A stretch of DNA of 64,000 nucleotides from Basidiobolus meristosporus CBS 931.73 (taxonomy: Eukaryota > Fungi > Basidiobolomycota): positions 3,226-67,225 of the forward strand of contig MCFE01000489.1 of the NCBI GenBank assembly GCA_002104905.1, in the 5' to 3' direction. The notes beneath the pieces are model-generated. The model searched no databases, was not told the DNA's origin, and was given only the letters and a program-made list of their open reading frames with translations. The stretch's first letter is position 1. Every line of letters starts with the position of its first letter. This document shows, piece after piece, positions 1 through 10,442 of the stretch. The position numbers and the translations under genes are program-made.

Positions 1-2122
1 TCTATGTGGCAGAGCTACTTACAAGTCTATACACCTTTGCTACTACACCTAGTCCCAGGCTGGGTTCAGTCTTAGATTATATTCATCAGAAACATCTCCA
101 ACTTGTACTTCCTCCAGAACCCTTGAATTTTATATTGACCCCTGATGAGCATTACTTTATTGAAACAAACATTGAAGATGAGAGAAAACATAAATTAGAT
201 TACTTATTAGAGAGGTTCTAAACTTCTTAAGTGGCTTCTACATTTGTACTTTCATTAGCTCTTGACTAAAATAAAGATATCACCAACTTGGTGATTTTCC
301 CTCCTCTAAGAAAATCCTTGATCATGGATCATAGATCTTGCCATATCAACTATGGATTTGTTTGCATGTTCTGCTACTTCATTTTGGTGCTGGGAGTATG
401 GTGCAGTAGGCTCTTGCCTCATTCCATGAACTTTGCAGTAGTGGATGAAGAGTTTTGAGGTATATTCTCCACCATTGTCAGAGCATATGTTCTCGTTTTC
501 TTCACCAGTTTCTCTCTCCACCATGACTTTAAACTCCCTGAACTTAGACGGTGCATCATCCTTTCTCTCCATGAAGTAGACCCATGTGTATCTTGTATAA
601 TAATCAGTAAAAGTGATCAAATACTTCATCCCCCCTAAGGAGAAATTTTGCATAGGTCCACACAGATCTGAGTGAGTTAGTTTTAATTTTCTCTTGGTTG
701 TGATTACCCCAGAGGTCTTGAACAGTTGTCTGGCTTGTTTCCTATATATGCAGGCTTTGCAGTGCTCCAAATTAGCTGGGGGATTAATTTTTACTCCGGA
801 TATTAGCTGATCTTTGATCATTTTGCATACATATTCAAAATTGATGTGTCCCAATATCCTGTGCCAAAGTACTGGTATTTCTTCATTTAAGTTACTTATA
901 TTGGCTTCCAGATACAATGGATTATAAGCTAACCTATAGAGATTCTGATTTCTGATAACCAATGCAATATTTGGCACCTTTTTTATCAGTGATCTTGCAT
1001 CCAGAATTGTCAAAGCTGAAACTAAGTCCTTCTGCAGTGGCCTTGCTTACAGATAGCAGGTTCTTGGCTATTTCTGGTACATAGAGTACTTCTTTAAAGG
1101 TCAGAGTATAGCTTCCTTCACTGCTTCTTAGGTTTGCTTGGGTAGTTCCTTCTCCCACTGCATCAAGTGTTCTATTGTCACCCATGAAAACCTTCTTAAT
1201 TGGAATTTCTTGATATTGGGTACCAAGTTCTTTTTGGTGTGTAAAGTGTTGCGATGCTCCAGAGTCAATATACCACACCTGAGAGTTTTTGTTTGTGATC
1301 ATACTTAGTGCAGATATGAATAGTCTATTTTCAGTTGTTGCAGCATTTCTGTATTAAGGCTTTTTCTGCTGATCATCTGTTTTTCAAACACCTGTGTGAT
1401 GTGTGTCCTTTCCTTTTGCAGTAGTTGCAATGCAGGTTGCTGTTGCCTTTGTCAGGTCTTGGGTACCTCCTTTGTTGGTTATCATTGCTTATTAAAGCAT
1501 TTTCTTCTTCCTTCTGATTGGCACTTGATTTTCTTAATTCTTCATTTGGGAGCCTTCCATATATGTAATATAAGGTCAAATCATCAGTTCTGGACTCTAG
1601 GGCTGATATAAGGCCCTGAAATCTGTCTATCAGGCTATTTGGGATGGCAACTATCACATCCTTATCAGTAGTTGGTATGCCCACAGATTTCATCTCATCC
1701 ACCAACAGGGTAATTTTGCTAATTAGATTTTTCATTTCTTCTCCTGGCTGCATCTTTGTAGTAAAGAATTTTTGTTCAAGATACATCTTCTTAACAGCTC
1801 AACATGACTGGTAGGTGTCTTCTAATGCCATCCAGGCATTCTTCATAGTGTTTGCTCTTGAGCATTGAATTAACAGTTTGTCTTTAACATTAAGGCACAT
1901 GCGGTTAAAGGCGCTTTATTCTTTCTTCTTGTACTTTAAGGCTTCCTCTCACACGTTTTTAGGGGGGAATTCTTCTCCCATGACAATATCCCAAAGGCCT
2001 CATTCTTCTAGCAGTATCTTCATCTTTACCTTTCATGCTTGGTAGTAAGATCCATCCAACTTTTCAGCAGAGGGAAAAGTTCCAGTAATAGCCATGGTAG
2101 ACATTGCAGAGAGTGACAGCTT

Positions 2123-2135
2123 GGGGCTCATAGCC
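2123..2135 (-). promoter_or_regulatory. Copia primer-binding site GG(C/T)TATGAGCCC (half-tRNA-iMet type)
   Basis: Immediately internal to the LTR. Same motif GGTTATGAGCCC at 58132-58143. Resembles the Drosophila copia PBS complementary to the tRNA-iMet anticodon stem-loop. Confidence 0.75.
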
Positions 2136-2484
2136 TGTTGTAAGAGTCTTGGAGATATTGGAAGTGATCTGGGAGTACAAGTAGATTATGTGGTTTTCAC
2201 TTAATGACTTTTTCAATGTAAAAGTAGTATTTATACTCTTGCATGGTTGTGATATTACAAACATGTAGAGTAGGTTAAGGAAGGTCCCAAGAACATGTGT
2301 GCAAGTTTGGGGCTACTTGGACAACTTTGAGAATTTTCATGTTCTGTATACCTGGATTTTTGGTGAAAATATTCAAAGTAAATCCCAACAAGGAATTTGG
2401 TCAGTATTCCTTAGGATCTGAAGGTAATGATCTAAGGGACTAAGCTAGGTGAATATTTAGGTGGAATTACAAATTTTTACAACA
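2136..2484 (-). repeat. Copia family-1 5' LTR (~349 bp, TGTTG...CAACA)
   Basis: TG...CA ends; clearly homologous to LTRs at 23948-24295 and 32645-32993. Confidence 0.9.
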
Positions 2485-2861
2485 AAATATAGGCAGTCAA
2501 TTTTCACAGTCCAAAATTGGTCAAATCAACTAATAAGAGTTCACCACTCTAATCTGTATTTCTAGGACATAACAATGATATCACTATATGTTTATCTCTT
2601 AATGAACCTGCCATAGGGATAGCACTTATCTAGCCTTAGTGCAAGCCAATTGCTACAATGTGTATCTGGGTGTGTGCCTCCCAGCTGGAATTTTGCATTT
2701 TAGACCATCAATTCTATATCAAAAGAGTAAGATACTCCGGAAGCAGCACAACTTAAGAGTGTATGTATTTGCATACCTTGCATACCAAGGGTTAAGAAGT
2801 GTGTAAAGTAGATACCCTTTGCACATTACTAAATAAACAAATATTTGTATGTTATCAAACA

Positions 2862-2935
2862 GCTTGCATAGCTCACTTGGTTAGAGTGTGGTGCTAATAA
2901 TGCTATGGTTGCAGGTTCAACCCCTGCTGTGAGCA
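2862..2935 (+). pseudogene. tRNA-Ile(AAT) pseudogene, eroded at CpG sites
   Basis: Cloverleaf GCTTGCA/TGTGAGC, D arm GCTC..GAGT, loop CT-AAT-AA, T arm GCAGG-TTCAACC-CCTGC, downstream T-run. Several G:T wobbles at positions compatible with former CpG. Confidence 0.8.
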
Positions 2936-3759
2936 AATTTGCTTTTTTGTTTTTTCCTTGCTAACTCATCTCCCTCAAGTTATCATCAAAATAGATATAT
3001 ACAAAAGTGTGCTTTCACAAAGTTGTTGTTTAGTAGCTTTGTTATATTGAATGGTAGTTCTTAAAGTCACTATTGAATTCTTTTAGTTATTCAGGCCTGA
3101 ACTTGCACACTATATGCATATTCAAACCTCTGCAAGCTACAGCCTGAGGCTTTGTAGCTCAGCAGCATAGGGACAGGTTTAGTTGTCTGTAACAAATAAG
3201 AGTCTTATACAGCAATTATAAGTAGCTGTGGGCCTGATGATACTGATCTCAGTCTCTGAATTTTTGAAATAAACAAAAGAGCTGGTGTCAGCTTCCAAGC
3301 AGGCCCTAGACTGAGGAAGAGGGTTCAGCCAGCATATTGAGGTATGCCAAACATTACATCATTGTTGTGGATCAGTCTGCACAGGTTAAGACATATTCAA
3401 GCCAGCTGTAGACACCCAATACATTGAAGGATACTCTGACCAAGATACAGGGTACACTGAGCCCATGGAAGATGCTCGATGTGACAATGAATGTGCTAAT
3501 CAAGATGAACAGTATTCTGAGCTTATGGAATGAGCTTAAAGCCAATAACGCTGCATTGTTTATTTATTACTTGCCTAATATGTAGTAGCAGAAGTATGAT
3601 CAATGACAACACAAGAACAAGGATAGGGTTAAAGGAGACCTTTTGTGAAACACTATACCAAATGAGCGGAATTCCCTTTACTCCAGGCCAACTTGGTGCA
3701 ACATTAATGCCACTTTTTTGACTACCAAATATTGATTCCTGGACGCAACGCCTTAATTA

Positions 3760-3834
3760 TTGCTGTTACGTTTATGACAAGGCTAATGGTGTTACATTTA
3801 TGACAAGGTTGTTGCTGTTACGTTTATGACAAGG
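3760..3834. repeat. Three-copy ~26-bp tandem repeat (TGCTGTTACGTTTATGACAAGG)
   Basis: Direct inspection; units separated by 3-4 nt. Confidence 0.85.
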
Positions 3835-4534
3835 ATTATTGCGTGTGTAATTCACCCTTTAAGCATCAATTGATTTGCACTCAAAAAAATAATAAGCTGA
3901 TATACTGCAATTGTTTTAGTTCCCCAAACCACTTCCAATTCTCTGTAGAATCTTGCACCAAATATGTACTGAGTATTATGAGGTATGAGTAAAGAGGAGA
4001 TAACACCCCCTTTAAAGTTTTAAGCAATAGTGAGCAAAAATAGCAGCTGATGAATCCTACCACAGGTATAATGGTAGCAAGTATTTTACCGTATAGTTCC
4101 ATAATATGCTAAATTGATATGAAACAAGTCTGTTCTGTTAAATCTATAAAAATCTATATGTGACATATTTTGCTTTAGCATCTTCCCGCACAGTACAGGA
4201 CCCTTGTATCACTTCAAGTAAGGTCTATCCAAGCCCTAGTCTTATTTGAAAACCTTATATTACATTGGAGTGTTAAGAAGTTTTTGTACAACCACATGGA
4301 GAGTTTAACCATTGTTGAGAAAATGGATAATATGCAAAGGACTAGATATACAATAATATCTAATAAAGCATGCGTGTATGACTTTTTCAACTATAATTTC
4401 AATTCAATGAAAAGGTCAAGAGACGATTTCAGTCTTGTATTCTGCTACTGAATCTACCAGCATTGTAGATACTTAGCTACAATCGACCCAACATATTTTG
4501 CACTTTTTCGGGGTAACTCGAATGACAGAGTACT

Positions 4535-4596
4535 AAAAAAATTTCCTCCGAAGAGGTGTCCACTCAAGATTTACGTGTCATCCTTGTGCAGGGGCC

Positions 4597-4627
<31 letters not shown>

Positions 4628-4658
4628 TTCAAGTGTCAGAGGTCCGGTAGGACTTGAC
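4535..4658 (-). ncRNA. U6: U6 spliceosomal snRNA
   Basis: Reverse complement contains AAAATTGGAACGATACAGAGAAGATTAGCATGGCCCCTGCACAAGGATGACACG (ACAGAGA box, AGC triad, ISL), a 5' stem-loop GTCA-AGTCC..GGAC..TGAC and a 3' oligo-T. Exact ends approximate. Confidence 0.95.
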
Positions 4659-4680
4659 AAACGAAGTAGCCCCAACTACC

Positions 4681-4687
4681 TTTTATA
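4681..4687 (-). promoter_or_regulatory. TATA box of U6 gene (TATAAAA)
   Basis: About 23-29 nt upstream of the inferred U6 start on the minus strand. Confidence 0.6.
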
Positions 4688-4772
4688 CCATGTAAATGCG
4701 CAAGTTAATAGAATTATGGGAAATTTGAAAATTCGTTCGAAACAAATTGATCATCACTAGGATGTAAAATTG

Positions 4773-4844
4773 TGCCTACTGCCAGGATTGAACTGGCGAC
4801 CTTCAGTTTACGAGACTGACGCGCTACCACTGCGCTAAGCAGGC
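4773..4844 (-). tRNA. tRNA-Thr(CGT), copy 1
   Basis: GCCTGCTTAGCGCAGTGGTAGCGCGTCAGTCTCGTAAACTGAAGGTCGCCAGTTCAATCCTGGCAGTAGGCA folds into a complete cloverleaf; anticodon loop CT-CGT-AA. Confidence 0.93.
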
Positions 4845-5268
4845 CTTTCTCAACTTGTCTAGGTTAGGTCATCATGATCTTGAAATTATCCCTGTTAGAG
4901 ACCCATCCTGAACCGTTCGTCGATCTTTCACAAATTAGGCAAATGGAACTAAGACCTGTATATCTCGAAAATGCAGTTCACAGTATAAATTAGCGAAGTA
5001 TGTCAGAAATAATGCAGCTCTTCCTTTCTCCCTTACCTCAAGAATCGACCCCTGTCCTAGAGTGGAGCGCACTATGGCAAGCTGTTACAGAGTTTAATAG
5101 GCCTTCAGGATGAAGGGTATCCTGGTATCTTGTGCCCATTATTTACATCGGAGAAACATCAAGCAACATCTTAAACGATTGTCGATCTTGCAAGATACTT
5201 GGGCACTAAACAGTTGCTCAAGCATACAGTCTGGAAGACTTCAGGAATAGCACTAGTACGAGAGACTC

Positions 5269-6575
5269 GTATACAAATAAAGTGTTTTCTCCCTCATACT
5301 CTGGATTAACTTTTACCCTCACCGGATTCCCAAGAGATTGTTGTTTAGTTGGGACTTCCGTTTACGAGTGTAACACCCTCGGTATCAAACACTTTGGACA
5401 CTACTCCTCTTCAGATTAAACCTCAAATCACTATCATCATTTAGTATATATCGGGTATCACTTTCTGAAGCTTGCCCGACTTTAATGAAATCCCTTATCC
5501 AGATATGATAAGCTTCCGAGGATTTAACGGTTACACTCCACAGCGACAAAGCGCGCTTAGTATGTAGATTTCGTAGAGTGTAATTCGAGGCATATACAAC
5601 CCGTAATTCGATATTCACCTTGTGGATTTTTATAGCCCATTGATCAGATTCAACTATATCAAGCGATGCAAAAGAAGAGTTCTCAAAATCACCTAGTACT
5701 ACCATCCCATAACACCGAGGAGAGAGCTGACAAATTTAATTAGAGTCAGATTGGCATCCAAAACATTAATTCTCAGTAGGAAACTTTTACCTGTTATTTT
5801 ATAAATAACATATAGTTTTCTTTATGATGTAAATGGGAGTTATTACTAAATCGTGATTAACTAAACCCAGATGCTCTCGGATTGCAACCCGGGTATGTAT
5901 CAATTACTGACCAGAGAATCCCACTTATTTAGCAACAACCAAATTACAAATTAGACGTCATTTTATCATGGCAAATTACTCCTGGAACTTTTCAACTGTT
6001 TGAAAATGAATACCAACGTGGTTCTTACCCATTCCAATGAAGAATCCCTCCCAAGATACCAACTTTGACTAGTATCAGAGGTCTCGCTGGAAAAAGTGAA
6101 GGATGTCTGAGCTGCTTTTTGGATGCTTCAAAAATAGACTACATAAAATAGTCAAACCAAAAAAATGTTGCCTACTGCCAGGATTGAACTGGCGACCTTC
6201 AGTTTACGAGACTGACGCGCTACCACTGCGCTAAGCAGGCTATCTTTGTTGCAGGGTAAAGGATACCAGTAGCATAAGTGGTAGACACTCCGCAAAGGAC
6301 AACTATCTGTACGGATATAAGGCCAATCATGCCGATCTGCACCCGAATAGAGTTACTCTGACCAAAACCCTATCTAGCACCAATTTATCTCTAATTTATC
6401 ACTGAAACCTAATTAGCACACACAGTATAAAAGGCACACCATGAATAACTATTGCAGACAGGCTTGTACACAAATAAAGTATCTTCTTCCTTGCCTCCTG
6501 GATCAACTCTACCCTCTCCGGAACCCCAAGAGATATACTGCTTAACCGGGATTTCCCTCTACGAGCGCAACAGTC
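5269..6575. repeat. Diverged duplicated ~110-bp segment (5269-~5385 and 6466-~6575) in the spacers next to each tRNA-Thr
   Basis: Alignable by eye (ACAAATAAAGT...TACCCTC.CCGGA..CCCAAGAGAT...TACGAG.G.AAC). Minus-strand translations are similar (SWGSGEGRVDP vs SWESGEGK.VNP; TLFVY) but contain frameshifts and stops. Confidence 0.7.
6169..6240 (-). tRNA. tRNA-Thr(CGT), copy 2 (identical to copy 1)
   Basis: 72/72 identical to 4773-4844; followed by a T-run terminator. Confidence 0.93.
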
Positions 6576-7131
6576 TGAAATGCTGTGGTATAACGTGAAT
6601 GCCTACCATTAAAGTAAACTCATAGCATATATGCTAGACTCGGGAGAATAGAGGAATGAGGAATCAGCGTACACTTACTGTTGTATAAAAAAAGCTAATA
6701 AGCAAAATAATAACGGCTTTTCTTGGGAGACAACGGGATACGCTTTGTAAAAACGAATATCGGTCTGAATTGATTTCTACATCCTCAGAGAGAATCGAAC
6801 ACTCCAAATCTACGCGATAATTAAGCCTTCTCATTACCTACCTGTTAGAAAGCACTGAGACTATCTCACGAGCATTTATCCCAACTAAGCGTTACTTTGT
6901 TATTCCTATCGCGACATGTAATCAATCTTTGACGTTTTTTCGATGTAGGAGATGGCAGAGGTAATGATTGTCATGATGATTACAATGTTGATGGACACAG
7001 AAATAGGATATATGGCCGCAGTAATAGTAGGAAGTATAGGGAAAGAGTGATGATAGTTCAGGACCTCTGTTCATTTATTCCAGCTAACTTTGCTCAAGTG
7101 GATATTATATATCATATAAAATTAAAGGGTA

Positions 7132-7204
7132 CGAGGCGCATGGGACTCGAACCCACAATCCCCAGATCCGAAGTCTGATGCCTTATCCATTAGGCCAACG
7201 CCCC
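7132..7204 (-). tRNA. tRNA-Arg(TCG)
   Basis: GGGGCGTTGGCCTAATGGATAAGGCATCAGACTTCGGATCTGGGGATTGTGGGTTCGAGTCCCATGCGCCTCG; cloverleaf with loop CT-TCG-GA. Confidence 0.93.
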
Positions 7205-8378
7205 ATTCGTATTACGGCCCGCTCTCTCTGTCTGGATGTTACATAGTTAAATACAATCTAACGTAAAAGAAGGAAAGGCTGAGCAAAATTCTAAATAGGA
7301 AAACATAATTAGCCCACACAACATACCGTGGTCATATATATATCTACCTCTATATCTATGAGTCGGCAGTTGGTTAGGATATAGATCCTGAACTAGAAGG
7401 AAGAATATCATCTCAGCACTGACGGACTCGACTGTCTCCTCTATCCATTATCTTCTAAATAAACATCCGTCTTATTAAAGTCTCTTTCCCCCTAGGCGAA
7501 TATACCACTATCCTTTATCTTTATTCCTTACTACGTGGCCCTTAACCCCGTAGCATGCATTCGAACAGGGAGGTTTCTAGGCAAAGTATTCATTCAAATA
7601 GACATTCGTTGGAGAAAACTACTGCAGTATTATGTCCACTAACGATTGTCGTGCAGATGGTTACAAAACGAAGTGATGATATTACGAACTTTGCTGAGTT
7701 TCAATAAAAACGTTCAGGCGCTTCAACCCTCCATCTTTGGCATCTTTCGGAATAATAACTGCAATGCAATGAATAACAGTGATTGCAAGCAATTAGTCAT
7801 TATTTATCTAACCATGACCTCTCATCCTCATAACACACTACCTACTTGGACTCTTCAAGGTTGTTTCCCCTATGTGTAACTATGCTGCTATAAATGACTG
7901 TAGTCTGATACATTTAGCACGAAATTGCTACTAAGCGATGGAGCTATTGGCACCGGTGTGGCTTGTATTCTAACAACTCTCTACGTCAGACGCTTTTCAA
8001 TTCAAACCTCATTACTGCTTACCTCGTTGGCGGTGATGAATTTCGGATACTTCTATCATGAATTGAAGAGCAGTCCTATCTATTGTATTTTCATGTGAAA
8101 GTCTAAGCCAAATAGAAATGCCGGTATCTGACATGTGGAAGCACCGACCTGATTGGGTTATCTGAATATCATTCTTGCTAGATAGAAAATCACATGAAAA
8201 AAGGATCCGTATGTTTCCTGTTACGTTAGTTTCATTGGCTCCATATATATGGAGTTTGCCAATTGAGATCAAAGCTAAAGTGGATCAGATCGATTCGGAT
8301 ATAGCCCTGCAGAAAACCTCAGGATATATAAGCAGTTAACGGAAGCTCACCTATCCAAGGATTTTATTAACACACTCA

Positions 8379-9173
8379 ATGCCCTTAATTCCCACACCTG
8401 ACTTATTTATCCAGCTTGCTTGGCCTTTGCTTTCTTCTACAACCGAAGGCCAAGGGGGGCCACTTAAAATAGTGGAACTCCCCGATGAAGTCCCTACCCT
8501 GATTTCCCCCAGAGACGTTGATCAAGCAATCATTCTTTCTGCACATGCGGTAGAGCGAGAGCAACTAGGCGATCGGAAAGAGGCACTAGGCTATTACCTT
8601 GGCGCTTTGGAAAACCTCTTACATGCTATGCCAGGTAAGGTTAATTTGCTTACTTCATCTAGCTTCGTCGTTAACTCTTGTAAAGTCGAGGGCGATGCTG
8701 AGCGTAAGAAAGCTGTTGCTCAAGTCATAAAGCAGTACCTGGCCGAAAATGAGATAGACCTTGAGGCCACACCTGAGCCTGAGAATGGAACCATATCGGA
8801 CACCATCATCAACACTGCGATAAGCACAGCCGTTGCTATCAAGCAATCCCCTATACCAGATGCCATCAAATCTACCGTGAACTTCACGCTGAGCAAAATG
8901 AAGAAGTTGGACCAAGCATACGGAGTCCGTGAAAAAGCATGGAAGCTTGGTAAAATCGGAGTCAACAAAACGCTCGAGATTGACCAGCAGTACAGACTTC
9001 ACCAAAAAATCAGCCATGCGGTTCTGACCGGAGCAACGGCGGTGATGAAAGCTGGCATCGCTTACCAAGTTGCCACGCCCTATCATGAACTGAAATCAGA
9101 GGTGCAAAGCCAACTGGAGCCTAGTAAATCAGAGGTACAAAGCCGACTGGAGCCTAGCAAATGCTCCAGCTAG
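8379..9173 (+). CDS. MIT-domain-like hypothetical protein (one probable 51-nt in-frame intron 8635-8685)
   Basis: Three-helix MIT-like motif VDQAIILSAHAVEREQLGDRKEALGYYLGALENLLHAMP; GTAAGG...TAAAG intron; helical C-terminal region. Confidence 0.65.
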   Translation: MPLIPTPDLFIQLAWPLLSSTTEGQGGPLKIVELPDEVPTLISPRDVDQAIILSAHAVEREQLGDRKEALGYYLGALENLLHAMPGKVNLLTSSSFVVNSCKVEGDAERKKAVAQVIKQYLAENEIDLEATPEPENGTISDTIINTAISTAVAIKQSPIPDAIKSTVNFTLSKMKKLDQAYGVREKAWKLGKIGVNKTLEIDQQYRLHQKISHAVLTGATAVMKAGIAYQVATPYHELKSEVQSQLEPSKSEVQSRLEPSKCSS

Positions 9174-9369
9174 AAGGAACACAGTGCTGATACATTGTAG
9201 AAATCGCCTATAATATTGGCTGGCTGACTAGATAGCGTGTACATTTAATCTCATCTCAACAAAGCCCCATCCTATGTAATTAATGTAATCGATCCTGAGT
9301 CTGATCATGCATGATCTAGTAAAATAAATTGGTCTTTGATCACGGCGCCCATTTCCCTGCACATTGGCC

Positions 9370-10272
9370 ATGGTAATATCTGCAGAGTACTGAGCCGCAA
9401 CGAACTACTAACCAACTCTCCGCTATAGTCTCGACCCAATTACTTTCTTTCTCTAAGATTGAACTCCTCACAAAGTCTTTTGGAGTTTTCCAGATTCCAC
9501 CAGCATGTTACCAGCCTCCATCCCCGACAGGCGAGATATCTGATTCCACCCTCGCAGGTAATATTCTTGAGGCCTTTCCAATTTTCCGACTGCCTTGTCA
9601 ACCAGAGACCCAATTAGATCCACCTCACACTGTTTACCTTGCATTTGAGCGAGGACAGAGACGTGAGTGCTGCGAGTATATGTCTGCAAAATAGTCGAGA
9701 TGTAAGTGCACCCCCTGGTTAGTAGAGACTGGTACCTAAACAGCTTCAAAGATACTCCAGGAGCATTTTCTTCGAAGCCCGCCAGATATCCAGCTCCGAG
9801 GAATAGGTCAGCACCCGATTGGTTTTCAACCAGTATGTCTCTCCGACTAAACATGTCTGAAGGCATTTTTGGCTTTGGCCGAGTGGTCTATGCCCGAATG
9901 GAGGAGTCTCACGTGAAGGAGAGGTTATCGCTCATGGTTAAACAACTAAGGGCTCGCTTTGTAGAGTACGGTTTGGCAGCTCGGCAAGATGGATTCGAAT
10001 TCCAGCCACACGCAACCTTGATGAAAGTCCGTTTCGAGAGAGCACGCCATCAGTCGGCAAATCACAGCACACACATCCCCCAAGACGTCTACGAACCTTT
10101 CTTAGGTAAGCCTTTGCTGTGCACTTGGCCTCGCGCTCCCGAGAATTCACCAAATCTACGCTATCCAGAAAATGACTTTGGGTCGTGCAGGCCGGACGCG
10201 ATCGAGCTTTCCTCCATGTTGAGGCCCAAGGTTCAGGGATACTATCAGGCCATAGGCAGAGTGGTTTTCTAA
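9370..10272 (+). CDS. AKAP7-like 2H phosphoesterase (2'-5' RNA ligase-like fold), multi-exon
   Basis: Spliced model gives M|SRPNYFLSLRL...IHLTLFTL...LRGIG|IFGFGRVVYA...FQPHATLMK...FGSCRPDAIELSSM...YYQAIGRVVF*. Both HxT motifs present; about five short GT-AG introns. Confidence 0.85.
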
Positions 10273-10442
10273 GTTGTAACCAATAAAAAGGGGACGTTCG
10301 TGCAAATAATAGACATCACCCATCACCATCACCATCACCGATAGATGATATCATTGGAAGTCACCAAACCCGTTCTCTATTTAATATCAAGAGCGCCGCC
10401 TCTCACATCTATCACCTCTTCTCATCACTGTTAACAAGCACA

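Larger units (their letters stand above)
1..2484 (-). mobile_element. Degenerate Ty1/Copia LTR retrotransposon (5' LTR, gag, protease, integrase; runs off left edge)
   Basis: Minus-strand ORF pieces: gag with CCHC knuckle (CNYCKRKGHTSHRC), protease (WYIDSGASQH), GAG-pre-integrase and integrase (LWHRILGH; HSDLCGP; CSDNGGEY). Protease-integrase order is Copia-type. Stops and frameshifts present. Confidence 0.95.

Noticed and set aside
3760-3834. Three direct repeats that could look CRISPR-like
   Set aside because: Spacers are only 3-4 nt, there are no cas genes and the context is eukaryotic; this is a minisatellite
4773-4844. ACG-to-Met codon reassignment implied by the Met-like tRNA
   Set aside because: Thr identity elements are present, MetRS needs CAU, and an ACG codon at FIBP position 2 corresponds to Thr in the animal protein as I recall it; no positive evidence
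8012-8272. Minus-strand 86-aa ORF followed by GTAAG, possibly an exon
   Set aside because: Could not build a coherent spliced gene or recognise a family
9694-9701. Apparent 7-nt microexon in the 2H phosphoesterase gene
   Set aside because: Reading straight through (DVSAASICLQNSRD) and splicing to the ...CTTCAAAG acceptor keeps the frame without a microexon
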